NCBI GenBank assembly: GCA_963713045.1
Contig: CAVQKE010000004.1
Span: 1,221,898-1,285,897 of the forward strand
Length of the DNA: 64,000 nucleotides
DNA from: an uncultured delta proteobacterium
GTDB lineage: Bacteria > Myxococcota > Myxococcia > Myxococcales > Myxococcaceae
Direction of reading: 5' to 3'
Shown: piece after piece, positions 1 to 8,966 of the stretch
Position numbering within the stretch: position 1 is the stretch's first letter
How the letters are laid out: every line of letters begins with the position of its first letter
Position numbers and translations under genes: made by a program
Notes under the pieces: generated by a model
Database searches by the model: none
What the model was told of the DNA's origin: nothing
What the model saw: only the letters and a program-made list of their open reading frames with translations

Positions 1-141
1 CTATGAAGCTCACGACCGAAAGCTCCCAGAATCTCTTGTGTGAGATGTCAATGCAGATCAGGGAGAAAAGACTTTCTCCCCGTCGAGCCCCAAGGCGGTC
101 TCTCCTTCCTCTTTCTCCTAAGCGAACCCAGGTTCGCTTAA

Positions 142-232
142 AATCACTCCTTTAGCTTGTCTGGCTACGCCAGATCCAATCCGAACCCACGGGCGGCCTT
201 CGGTGCAAGAGTGCCGTCTGCGGCTTAAACGG
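142..232 (-). repeat. Copy 1 of a repeated structured non-coding element (IS110 left-end-like relic, internally deleted)
   Basis: Core CCGAACCCACGGGCGGCCTTCGGTGCAAGAGTGCCGTCTGCGGCTTAAACGG recurs at ~30990 and ~41229. The minus strand ends in an SD-like AAAGGAGTGATT with no ORF following. Confidence 0.55.
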
Positions 233-349
233 TGTCAGCGGTCAGTCAAAACCGGCCACTAGTGGTCGAAATTAAGGGCTTCAAAACCAGCCACTTTTAA
301 GAACACAAAACAGCTCCACGGGTCTGTGGGAATGCGGGACCAATGGGGC

Positions 350-1861
350 ATGTCGAATGTCCTGAAAGTGAGCTTGCTAGCAGCGATTTACAGTTTACAC
401 GACAAAGGTTGGTCCCGGCGGCGGATAGCCCGCGAGCTTGGGCTCAATCGCGAGACGGTTGGCCGGTATTTACGCTTGGCAAAACCAGCCATTTCGACCG
501 CCGGCTTTGAGGAGCCTTGCCAAGCAAAACCGGCCATTCCGACCGCCGGCACAATTGCAGGGCGAAAGAGTCAATGCGAACCGCTGGCCGAAGCGATTCT
601 TGCCAAGGTCGAAGTGGGTTTAAGTGCACGGCGTATTTACCAGGATCTGGTCGAGGAAAATGGCTTCGCGGATTCCTATGAATCGGTCAAGCGCTTTGTC
701 CGCAAGCAACGAGCCAGTCATCCGGAGCGGGTTTGGCGCCTGGAATGTCAACCGGGAGAAGAGCTGCAGCTGGACTTCGGCTTGGGGGCTCCGATCGATG
801 AAGACCAGGGTAGAACACGCCGCAGTTGGATCTTGCGCCTGGTATTGAGCTATTCGCGTAAGGGCTATAGTGAAGCGCTTTACCGCCAGGACACCGAGAC
901 CTTCCTGCGCTGCCTGGAAAATGGGTTGCGCAGCTTTGGTGGAACGCCGCTGTTATTAAATCTGGATAACTTTAAAGCGGCAGTACGCAACGCCGACTGG
1001 TTTGATCCGGACATCAATCCAAAGCTGGCGGACTTTTGCCGTCACTACGGCATGCATGTGCTGCCCTGCCGTCCCGGAAGGCCCGAACACAAAGGGAAAG
1101 TCGAACGTGGGATCGCTTATGTACGCTCCAACGCTTTGAAGGGAAGGCGCTTCAAGTCTTTAAGTGAAGAAAACCGCTTTCTCTCTCAGTGGGAAAGCCA
1201 AGTCGCTGACAAGCGCATCCACGGAACGACGCGTAAACAGGTCATCGCCCTTTTCGAAGAAGAACGGGCTCACCTCCAAGGGCTTCCGAACTCGCTCTTT
1301 CCCAGTTACCAAGAAGCCAAACGTAACGTTCACCGCGACAGTTACGTCGAAGTGGCCCGCTCCTTTTACGAAGTCCCCGCCGAATACGTCGGCCACCAGG
1401 TGTGGGTGCGCTGGGACGGCCGCTGCGTGCGCGTTTTCAATCAGCGGATGGAACAGATCCAGATCCACTCCAGGGTTGAACCAGGCCGCTTTAGTCGCGT
1501 GCTGGGCGCAGGAGGCTTCAATGCGCCGGTCATCAGCTCATGCCGTTACTGGATCAGCCGGGCCGGGGTTCTTGGCGAGCCATGCGGCCAATGGGCTCAA
1601 GGGGCGTTCGATCTACGTGGAGCCGAATCGCTACGTTCCATTATGGGCCTGTGCGGCTTGATTAAGAATCACTCGGCTAGCGCAATCAATGAGGCCTGTT
1701 CAAAGGCGCTCAAAGCCGGCACCTACCGCTTTAAAGATATTAGGCGTCTCATCGGCGAGCAAAGCGAACAAAAGAGTTTTGCTTTCGCTGACAACCACCC
1801 TCTTATCCGCGATCTGACGGTCTACTCGAACTTTATCAACCAGTTCCACTCACATGAATAA
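350..1861 (+). CDS. istA: IS21 transposase IstA
   Basis: N-terminal HTH; QLDFG, LDNFK and KGKVER DDE motifs; RIHGTT. Start chosen at ATG 350 (the ORF track opens at 326). Confidence 0.95.
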   Translation: MSNVLKVSLLAAIYSLHDKGWSRRRIARELGLNRETVGRYLRLAKPAISTAGFEEPCQAKPAIPTAGTIAGRKSQCEPLAEAILAKVEVGLSARRIYQDLVEENGFADSYESVKRFVRKQRASHPERVWRLECQPGEELQLDFGLGAPIDEDQGRTRRSWILRLVLSYSRKGYSEALYRQDTETFLRCLENGLRSFGGTPLLLNLDNFKAAVRNADWFDPDINPKLADFCRHYGMHVLPCRPGRPEHKGKVERGIAYVRSNALKGRRFKSLSEENRFLSQWESQVADKRIHGTTRKQVIALFEEERAHLQGLPNSLFPSYQEAKRNVHRDSYVEVARSFYEVPAEYVGHQVWVRWDGRCVRVFNQRMEQIQIHSRVEPGRFSRVLGAGGFNAPVISSCRYWISRAGVLGEPCGQWAQGAFDLRGAESLRSIMGLCGLIKNHSASAINEACSKALKAGTYRFKDIRRLIGEQSEQKSFAFADNHPLIRDLTVYSNFINQFHSHE

Positions 1862-2639
1862 TACCCTTAAACAACACGCTCACACTCTGCGTCTGTCTGG
1901 ATTGCTCCAAAGCCTGGAGTTGAGGCTGCAGGAAGCCGAAGCCAATCACTTGCCCTACGCTCAGTTCCTTGAACTACTGTTCCAGGACGAGATCAATGTC
2001 CGCCATCAACGCTTCATCAGCCGGCGTCAGAAACTCGCCGACTTCCGCGAGCTACGCTCATTGGAGAACTTCGACTTCCACTTTAATCCTGGGATAAACC
2101 GAGCCCAGATCTATGAACTGGCCACGGGCCGCTTCGTCACTGATCGGCGCGATGTACTCCTGGTTGGTCCACCGGGAGTCGGAAAAAGCCATCTGGTACA
2201 GGCCATCGGTCGCGAAGTACTCAAAGCCGGCTTCCTAGTCCTTTACCGCTCAATCTTTGATCTGGTGCGTGAATTACTCTGTCAGGAAACCCAGGCCGGT
2301 GAAGGCCGGCTCTTAAGCAAATACCTCAAACCCGATCTGCTCATCATTGACGATATGGGGCTGAAGGTTCTGCCGCAAAAAAGCGGTGAAATCCTCTTGG
2401 AGATCATTATCCGTCGTTACGAAAATCGTTCCACCATGATGACTTCCAACCGGCCCATCGAAGAATGGGGCAAACTACTAAACGATGTTCCTGCAGCCAG
2501 CGCCATCCTTGATCGTTTGCTCCATCATGCCGAAATCATCCCTGTCAACGGTCGAAGCTACCGACTCCGAGCAAATACCAAACACGCTCCAGTCCCAGAG
2601 CGCTCCGCATCCTCCAGTTCCAGTCCAAATCCGGCATAA
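1854..2639 (+). CDS. istB: IS21 AAA+ helper ATPase IstB
   Basis: GPPGVGKS, LLIIDD, TSN and ILDRLLHH motifs; overlaps the istA stop. Confidence 0.95.
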   Translation: MNNTLKQHAHTLRLSGLLQSLELRLQEAEANHLPYAQFLELLFQDEINVRHQRFISRRQKLADFRELRSLENFDFHFNPGINRAQIYELATGRFVTDRRDVLLVGPPGVGKSHLVQAIGREVLKAGFLVLYRSIFDLVRELLCQETQAGEGRLLSKYLKPDLLIIDDMGLKVLPQKSGEILLEIIIRRYENRSTMMTSNRPIEEWGKLLNDVPAASAILDRLLHHAEIIPVNGRSYRLRANTKHAPVPERSASSSSSPNPA

Positions 2640-3020
2640 ACGGTGCCTCCCTACGGGCTGCCCGCCATTTATTCCGTTTTGGCCTTGATCTGGAGCATGC
2701 TCCGCGCAGAGCCGGTCACTGTAATTTGCATTTTGATCGTGCTCGCTCGTTCCTCGCTCACACTAATAAAATGCAAATTACAATTCCACAAAACGTTACT
2801 TGAAAAGCCCTCCTGATGCCTTTATTTACTCAAAATAGTGGCCGGTTTTGATTCGACCATCACTGGCTGGTTTTGATTCGACCGCCGACAACGGATTCCT
2901 TCCTCGTCTCGCACACTCGCGAGGCACCTTCCATTTAAATCCTCAACCGCTGGCGCGCTCTTGCTCCTACGGCCTCTTTCCGTGGGCCGCTTTGCTTCGC
3001 TTCGCTTTCGGCCAAAAAAT

Positions 3021-3722
3021 ATGGCACACCATATTTTTCAGCTCGAAACCGACCTTCAAAATATTCCCGAAGCTGCTCCCAAAGCCTCGCGGAGCTTCTC
3101 CCTCTCCGAAAAGCTGGCACGTTACGGTTCATCCACGTTATCCGGCGTGGAGCATCTGCGATTGTTGGTTGGAAAAGATTCACATGCCGACGCGTTGCTG
3201 CGGCATTTCGGTTCTCTTAAGGCGTTGTCTCGCGCCTCGTTTAAAGAACTGCGTCAATTCCTTCCAAAAGGCAAAGCAGAGGCGGTCATGGCAGCTCTCT
3301 CGATCTCCAATGTTGTCGACGCCGAACATGCCTTATCATGTCCCCTGAGTAACGCTGAGGCGATTTATCGGGCAAATCTTGATATGAAAGGGTTTCACCA
3401 AGAGGTTGTACGTGTCGTTTTGTTAGATGCCCAGAACCGTTGCGTCACGAAGGTAGACATTTCCAAAGGTACCGTGAACGAATCTCTTGCGGGCCCACGT
3501 GAGATTTTGCGGCCGGCGATCATTCATTCGGCCTACGCGTTCGTGCTCGTGCACAACCACCCATCAGGCGCCGCAAAACCTTCTGAAGCGGATCTACAAA
3601 TCACCCAGCGAGTGGCTGCGGCTGCGCAGATTCTTCAAATTAATTTCCTGGATCACGTCATCGTTGGCCGGGGCTTCTTCAGTTTCCAAGAAGCAGGACT
3701 TTTGTGTCTTCATCTCTACTAG
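3021..3722 (+). CDS. radC: RadC-family JAB/MPN-domain protein
   Basis: HhH-like N-terminus (LLRHFGSLKAL) and JAB motif HNHPSG..PS.AD...DH. Start chosen at ATG 3021. Confidence 0.9.
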   Translation: MAHHIFQLETDLQNIPEAAPKASRSFSLSEKLARYGSSTLSGVEHLRLLVGKDSHADALLRHFGSLKALSRASFKELRQFLPKGKAEAVMAALSISNVVDAEHALSCPLSNAEAIYRANLDMKGFHQEVVRVVLLDAQNRCVTKVDISKGTVNESLAGPREILRPAIIHSAYAFVLVHNHPSGAAKPSEADLQITQRVAAAAQILQINFLDHVIVGRGFFSFQEAGLLCLHLY

Positions 3723-6700
3723 ATCGCCTCGACTCCGAGTTCTTTTGTAAACAACGCCCGCTCTTCACGCGACAGCTTCATGAGCGCTTTTCGGTCTCCT
3801 CGCTTGAAAAACTCCAAACCCACGGTCAAAAGGAGAATCGATACAGATACATTGACGTGCTTGGCCACCACGTTCTCAAGGACCCACGATGTATCTGAAA
3901 AACGTTCTTCTGCTTGGGTTTTGTGCTCTCTGAGAAAGCTGAACACCGTAAGCGATAAAGCCTGCTCGAACATGCCGATCAGCTTCTCTCGACCGAGCAA
4001 TTCGAGCACCGGGTCAAGGAAGGTGGCCATCTGGGAACGTGTGCAGAAGGAGAACAAAGTGGTCAAGTTCGAGTGAACCCCCTGCACGACGACGGTCGAG
4101 TCGTGAGACCTCTGGCTGTGAGCCTGCACGCCTTTCTTCATAATATGAGCTGCATCGCCGACCCGTCCCAGTTTGAGCAGGACCATGGATAGGTTGAAAA
4201 GCGTTTCGCTATCATTCGGGTCTCGTTCCAAGATTGCCTCGTAATCCGCAACTGCCCCTGCCAGATCACCCGCCGCAGCCTTAACATCACCTCTAGCCCT
4301 AAGACTGCGCACTTTGTCTAACTGTTCCAGCGCGGTCGAGAACATCTGAACAGCTTCGGTATACCGCGTATCCGTGAGCGTCCCATCCAACTCCACGGCT
4401 CGGCGCAGTTGCCGCTCGGCTTCGACGTTGTCGCCGGTGACTAACGCAACCAAACCACCGAGCAGAAATTTGATGCGGTTGTCCGGTTGGAGTTTCTGGA
4501 CGACTAAGACCTGTTCGACAGCCTCCGAGAAACGCTGTGTTTGCATCAGAATACGGGCCAGATTTAACCTAGATGTAGAATGTTCTGCCTCGTGTTCAAT
4601 GGCTTTCCGGAGAAGCGCTTCCGCCTCTTCAAGACGCTCTGCCTTGATTAGGACCTCGGACAGCGCGAAAACAGAGTCTGCGGTCGACTTTAACTCGACA
4701 GCTCTCCGAAAACCTACTTCGGCCTCGCTGGATTCGCCGAGCGCCCAGTGCGCATCTCCGAGTGCCTTCCAGGCATCCGCGTTGTTCGGCTCCAAAGAGG
4801 TTGCGGTTTCGAGAAATTCGATCCCCTCCTTGCCGCGCTCGGTCTTTATCAACAATTTGCCAAGTTGTATCAGCGATTCCGTAAGTGTCCCATCCAACTC
4901 CACGGCTCGGCGCAGTTGTCGCTCGGCTTCAACGTTGTCGCCGGCGACTAACGCAAACGAACCGCCGAGTTGAAAAATTCTGGCGTTGTTCGGTTTGAGC
5001 TTCTGGAGGACTAAGACCTGTTCGAAAGCCTCCGAAAAACGCTTTGTTTGATTCAGAATATCGATCAAATATAACCTAGATTGCAAATGTTCTGTCTCGT
5101 GTTCAATGGCGGTCCGGAGAAGCGCTTCCGCCTCCTCAAGACGCTCTGCCTTGATCAGGAACTTGGACAATGCAGAAACAGAATTAGCGTCCGGCCTCAA
5201 CTCGGTAGCTCTCCGATAACTGGCTTCAGCCTTGCTGGATTCGCCGAGCGCCCAGTGCGCGTCTCCCAGTGCCTTCCAAGCATCGGCGTTGTTCGGCCCC
5301 AACGAGGTTGCGGTTTTGAGATATTTGATCCCCTCTTTGCCACGCCCGACCTTCATCAACAGCGAGCCGAGGCATTGCAATGTGAGAGCATCTTTCGGAG
5401 CGCGCTTTAAAACAGTGCGATAGCGCGATTCCGCCTCCGCATTGCGTCCAAGACTCTCCAGGATCAGTCCCACCAGACTATGCGCAGCTACGTTGCCGGG
5501 ATCCAATTCAGCAGCCGCATGGCTCTCCTCCAGAGCCTGAACGAGTCGTCCTGTCGCCACTAGGCTTCTGACTAGTGCTAAGTGCGGTTTAGCGTTGGTC
5601 GGATCGGCCTGAGCGGCCCGATGCCATGCGTCCTCAGCGTCAATGGTATGCCCGAGTTTATCGTGCAAATTCCCAAGTAGCATCAGGTCCTCAGCCTTTA
5701 CGACGACTGAACCATTCAGCAGCACTTTAACATGTTCCAACGCTTCGCTGGTTCGGCTATTCCCCTCCAACACCGCGATCAGCGTCTTGCGAGCGTCGGC
5801 GTTTGTGGCGTCGAGTTCAATTGCCCTCCGGCAGCAGATCTCCGCCCCTTCATTGTCCCCGATTCGAAACAGCATAGTTGCCAGTCTTACTCGTAAAATT
5901 GGGTCATCCGGTTTATTATTCGCGGTTCTCTGAAGAACAGCGCATGCCTCTCTCAACTTGCCACGCTCGACATATGCATCGGCTTCCATGAGCGTTATTT
6001 CCGCATCCTTCGATTCCCCAAGGTGCTTGGCAAAGGAAATGATTTCGTCATAGCCTCCATGTGTCTCCAGATCGTGGAAAAAGATTTTCAGTTCCTCCTG
6101 CGGGTTCGTAATCTCAGGCGAGCCATCTAGTCGATGATCAGGGTGGTACTGAAGCAGCGCCTTCAGATAAAGCTCCGCTTCGGTCTGATGCGACGAAACC
6201 TCGGCGTTCATTGTCCGAGCGAGCAGGCCAAAGCCGCGCGCGCGTAGCTCGAGTTCCTGCGCGGTGTAGAAATTCCCTAGGAAATCCACGAACAAGCGAA
6301 TCGGGGCGCCCTTATGATCCAGATCTGCTTCGTAACAGATTCGGAACAGCGCCTCGGAAATTTCGTAATACGTCTCTCGCCCTTGCGGAATCCGCTCCAC
6401 GAAGCCCTTATCTAGGAGAGCTTTCATCTGGCTCGACACTGTATTCGAAGTTGCCAGACACCCCCGCGCAATCTCCTTCACCGTTTTGGGCGTTCGCTCC
6501 ATGCTTAGATACTGCACAATTTTCTGCTGTTGAGCGGAAAGACTACGCATCTGCTCCTGGTAATAGGGCTTCAACGGCTTCAAAGCTTCAATGAATGCGT
6601 CGCTGAGCTTCGACACCAAAGCGGCCGAGAGAAAGTCATAGAACGTAACCAGAAGCCGGTGGTTGCCTCCAGTGAAGTCGTAAATCGCGCGCACGCGGCC

Positions 6701-7459
6701 CAAGCGCTCCACGGTGCCGAGTAATTTTACCACGTCCGAATTACCGTACGCTGAAGCGATCGCTCTGATGAATTCCACCGCCTGATCGAACGTCAGTGTT
6801 GTTAGATGCGTGATATGAAAAAATTCGTAGAATGGCGCATTTGGCTCGCTGATGCCGTCGATGAGTGCCTGCGCGGATGCAAAGAGCATGAACCTAGGGT
6901 GTTGCTGGACAAGGTCGCGCAACGCCTGCTGCCCTTTGCGTCCAAAACCCTGTTTTGAGTCGAAGGTCACGCCGAGGTTCTCCATGATTATGAGCAGATC
7001 CCTCGTACCGGCCGCCTCGAGCAATAACTCCAAGGCCCTGCGCTGCTGTCCGCTGGGCGAAAGATCGTACAACTCGTCCAATCCTCGGGCTATTTCGGTC
7101 TTTTCCGGATACCAGGCCAGAATCGCCCTCAGTAAGCGCACTAAAAAATCCCGGAATGAGGCTATTCCGAGTTCATCCTCGAGCAGATAGATAATGAGTA
7201 GGCGGTCTCTGAGTGCAGTGTTACGCCAAAGACGAGTATGCAACACCTTAAGTAAGTGTGTCTTGCCCGAACCTCGAGGCCCAATGATCAGACGCTGATA
7301 TTTGTTTGCACCGCCAGCGCCATCAATAGCAAGCTGTTCCAGTTTGTCTGTCAGCGCCTTCCCGCCGACCAACGTCTTTTCTAGCAGGTCCGGATCCGCC
7401 CATCGCGGCGAGAACGGTTGAAGCGTGCTTGTTCCCTGAAAGCCATCGCCTATGGTCAT
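3719..7459 (-). CDS. STAND-like P-loop NTPase with winged helix and long TPR array (~1246 aa)
   Basis: Walker A GPRGSGKT, atypical Walker B LIIMENL, GGNHRL, wHTH (TVKEIARG...VSSQMKALLDKGFV) and many TPR units. Start at 7459 forms an ATGA overlap with the upstream stop, with GGAGG ahead of it. Confidence 0.85.
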   Translation of the reverse strand: MTIGDGFQGTSTLQPFSPRWADPDLLEKTLVGGKALTDKLEQLAIDGAGGANKYQRLIIGPRGSGKTHLLKVLHTRLWRNTALRDRLLIIYLLEDELGIASFRDFLVRLLRAILAWYPEKTEIARGLDELYDLSPSGQQRRALELLLEAAGTRDLLIIMENLGVTFDSKQGFGRKGQQALRDLVQQHPRFMLFASAQALIDGISEPNAPFYEFFHITHLTTLTFDQAVEFIRAIASAYGNSDVVKLLGTVERLGRVRAIYDFTGGNHRLLVTFYDFLSAALVSKLSDAFIEALKPLKPYYQEQMRSLSAQQQKIVQYLSMERTPKTVKEIARGCLATSNTVSSQMKALLDKGFVERIPQGRETYYEISEALFRICYEADLDHKGAPIRLFVDFLGNFYTAQELELRARGFGLLARTMNAEVSSHQTEAELYLKALLQYHPDHRLDGSPEITNPQEELKIFFHDLETHGGYDEIISFAKHLGESKDAEITLMEADAYVERGKLREACAVLQRTANNKPDDPILRVRLATMLFRIGDNEGAEICCRRAIELDATNADARKTLIAVLEGNSRTSEALEHVKVLLNGSVVVKAEDLMLLGNLHDKLGHTIDAEDAWHRAAQADPTNAKPHLALVRSLVATGRLVQALEESHAAAELDPGNVAAHSLVGLILESLGRNAEAESRYRTVLKRAPKDALTLQCLGSLLMKVGRGKEGIKYLKTATSLGPNNADAWKALGDAHWALGESSKAEASYRRATELRPDANSVSALSKFLIKAERLEEAEALLRTAIEHETEHLQSRLYLIDILNQTKRFSEAFEQVLVLQKLKPNNARIFQLGGSFALVAGDNVEAERQLRRAVELDGTLTESLIQLGKLLIKTERGKEGIEFLETATSLEPNNADAWKALGDAHWALGESSEAEVGFRRAVELKSTADSVFALSEVLIKAERLEEAEALLRKAIEHEAEHSTSRLNLARILMQTQRFSEAVEQVLVVQKLQPDNRIKFLLGGLVALVTGDNVEAERQLRRAVELDGTLTDTRYTEAVQMFSTALEQLDKVRSLRARGDVKAAAGDLAGAVADYEAILERDPNDSETLFNLSMVLLKLGRVGDAAHIMKKGVQAHSQRSHDSTVVVQGVHSNLTTLFSFCTRSQMATFLDPVLELLGREKLIGMFEQALSLTVFSFLREHKTQAEERFSDTSWVLENVVAKHVNVSVSILLLTVGLEFFKRGDRKALMKLSREERALFTKELGVEAI

Positions 7460-8643
7460 GCCCGATTGATCCTCCACCATTCCCGCATCAGCCGATATCG
7501 GAATTTATATTTACGTTCGCCAGATAAAGTATCGCGCAACAGATAGTTGTCGTCCGTCAGCAGTTCTACAACACGCTGCACCCCAGACTGCGTTGCGGCG
7601 CTGTCACTAGCTTTTACGGCATTAACGATAGCTGCCTCTGCAAAGAAATTCTCTTCTCTGCTGAGTCGGTTGAGAATGAATGAAGCGGTATCGTTGAAGC
7701 CGAGTTTCGCATAATAGCCCTCAATACGCTGGGCCGCGTCTCTGAACCATGTTACTTGCCGGTTAGCCAGCATGTTGTCCAAGATCCGATCGACGTCCCC
7801 CGGCACGACCTCACGCGTCCGCATGTCCTGCAAGGCCTCGCAGACGTACTGGATGTATATCGGCAGACCATCGGTTCGGAAGTGCATTTGCTCTGCCACG
7901 GCCGTACGCGTATTCCGCGTGATACCTTCCTCGTCCAGGTATTGGCCGCACATCAATTCCGTGTCATTAGGGTGCATGCCGGTAAGGACGAACAGATGCA
8001 TGTCATTCGTAGGAGCACCCTTGTACCCGTGATCTAGCTTCAGGTGCTGAAGTACGAGATGAAAGCCGATCGAGCCCGAGAGCACAAATCTTACACGATC
8101 GGTTGATTCGAATTGCTGACGAATCTCGCGGAGCGCGTCGAGAAACTGCATTGCAAGAGCGGGGCCGTGGTCGTCAGCAATATTCCAGACCATCAGCGGG
8201 AACTCATCAATCATGATGATGACGCCGGTATCGCTGTGGTCTACGATGTCCTCGACCAACAGACCCATCAACCGTCGCCAATCGGCCTTAAGTTCAGGAA
8301 GCTTCCATCCTCCGAACTCCGCTGATGTGAGCTTTTCATACGCCGTCCGGACCCGCTTCAACCAGACTCCTTTCGAACTTCGTATCTGTGCCTCAGACGC
8401 TTTATCGTACATGGCCGCTACACAATCGATTGGGTGACGAGCAGATTCGACGAAGACGAGCAAAGGCGTCCAGCCGCTTCGAGGCTGATCAGCCATTTTG
8501 CGCAGAAGAGAAGTTTTGCCGACGCGGCGTTCGGCTGAGAGAACCACGCTTCGCTTCTGCAGCTTACTCCATAGTTCTTCGAGTTCGGCTGAGCGACCAA
8601 TAATCGCATTTCCGGTCAAAGTACCACCAGGATTAGCTTTCAT
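7456..8643 (-). CDS. P-loop ATPase (archaeal-ATPase/STAND-like) with C-terminal winged helix
   Basis: IIGRSAEL, Walker A AERRVGKT, Walker B IIMIDEFP, sensor VLSGS, TDGLPIYIQ, C-terminal ..KFRYRLMREWW. Confidence 0.85.
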   Translation of the reverse strand: MKANPGGTLTGNAIIGRSAELEELWSKLQKRSVVLSAERRVGKTSLLRKMADQPRSGWTPLLVFVESARHPIDCVAAMYDKASEAQIRSSKGVWLKRVRTAYEKLTSAEFGGWKLPELKADWRRLMGLLVEDIVDHSDTGVIIMIDEFPLMVWNIADDHGPALAMQFLDALREIRQQFESTDRVRFVLSGSIGFHLVLQHLKLDHGYKGAPTNDMHLFVLTGMHPNDTELMCGQYLDEEGITRNTRTAVAEQMHFRTDGLPIYIQYVCEALQDMRTREVVPGDVDRILDNMLANRQVTWFRDAAQRIEGYYAKLGFNDTASFILNRLSREENFFAEAAIVNAVKASDSAATQSGVQRVVELLTDDNYLLRDTLSGERKYKFRYRLMREWWRINRA

Positions 8644-8708
8644 CGTACGATCATTTTAACGTACGTTGTTTTTGACGTCAAATTAAGGCGATTGAAAACT
8701 TTACGTAA
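8641..8708 (-). promoter_or_regulatory. Sigma70-type promoter of the NTPase operon, overlaid by short palindromes
   Basis: Minus strand: TTGACG (8676-8681), 17 nt, TAAAAT (8653-8658), 9 nt, ATG. Palindromes TCGTACGA, AACGTACGTT, TTTGACGTCAAA and TTACGTAA. Confidence 0.7.
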
Positions 8709-8966
8709 CGGCCCTTCAATTCGTGCCATCAGGGATAAGGTTTACACAATTTGGACCTCGGGTGCCGGCAGACTAGAGAGTGAATCGCTACGCTTTGGCG
8801 GCGGGATAGCCGCGCGGGCCGCGAACGTTTTATCCTCGAAATAAAGAGGCTGTCGTCCATAGATCGCCAACCCTGCTGGCAGCGGCGGGCGAGGCGGATA
8901 TCGTTGAGAAAGTTGAGCAGTAGCCCGCGCCCGGGTTGTTAGTAGGAGACCGGGAAAAACCGGGGG

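Larger units (their letters stand above)
233..2890 (+). mobile_element. IS21-family insertion sequence
   Basis: TG...CA ends (TGTCAGCGGTC.. / ..GACCGCCGACA) with internal repeated CAAAACC(G/A)GCCA units. 4-bp ACGG on both flanks (229-232, 2891-2894). Encodes istA and istB. Confidence 0.95.

Noticed and set aside
119..140. Palindrome TAAGCGAACC-CA-GGTTCGCTTA
   Set aside because: Isolated, near the window edge, with no associated gene to assign a function.
2720..2782. 15-bp inverted repeat after istB
   Set aside because: Internal to IS21 with no U-tract; not evidence of a separate element.
4375..5377. Diversity-generating retroelement TR/VR pair
   Set aside because: Both copies are in-frame coding, differences are not adenine-specific by eye, and there is no reverse transcriptase in the window.
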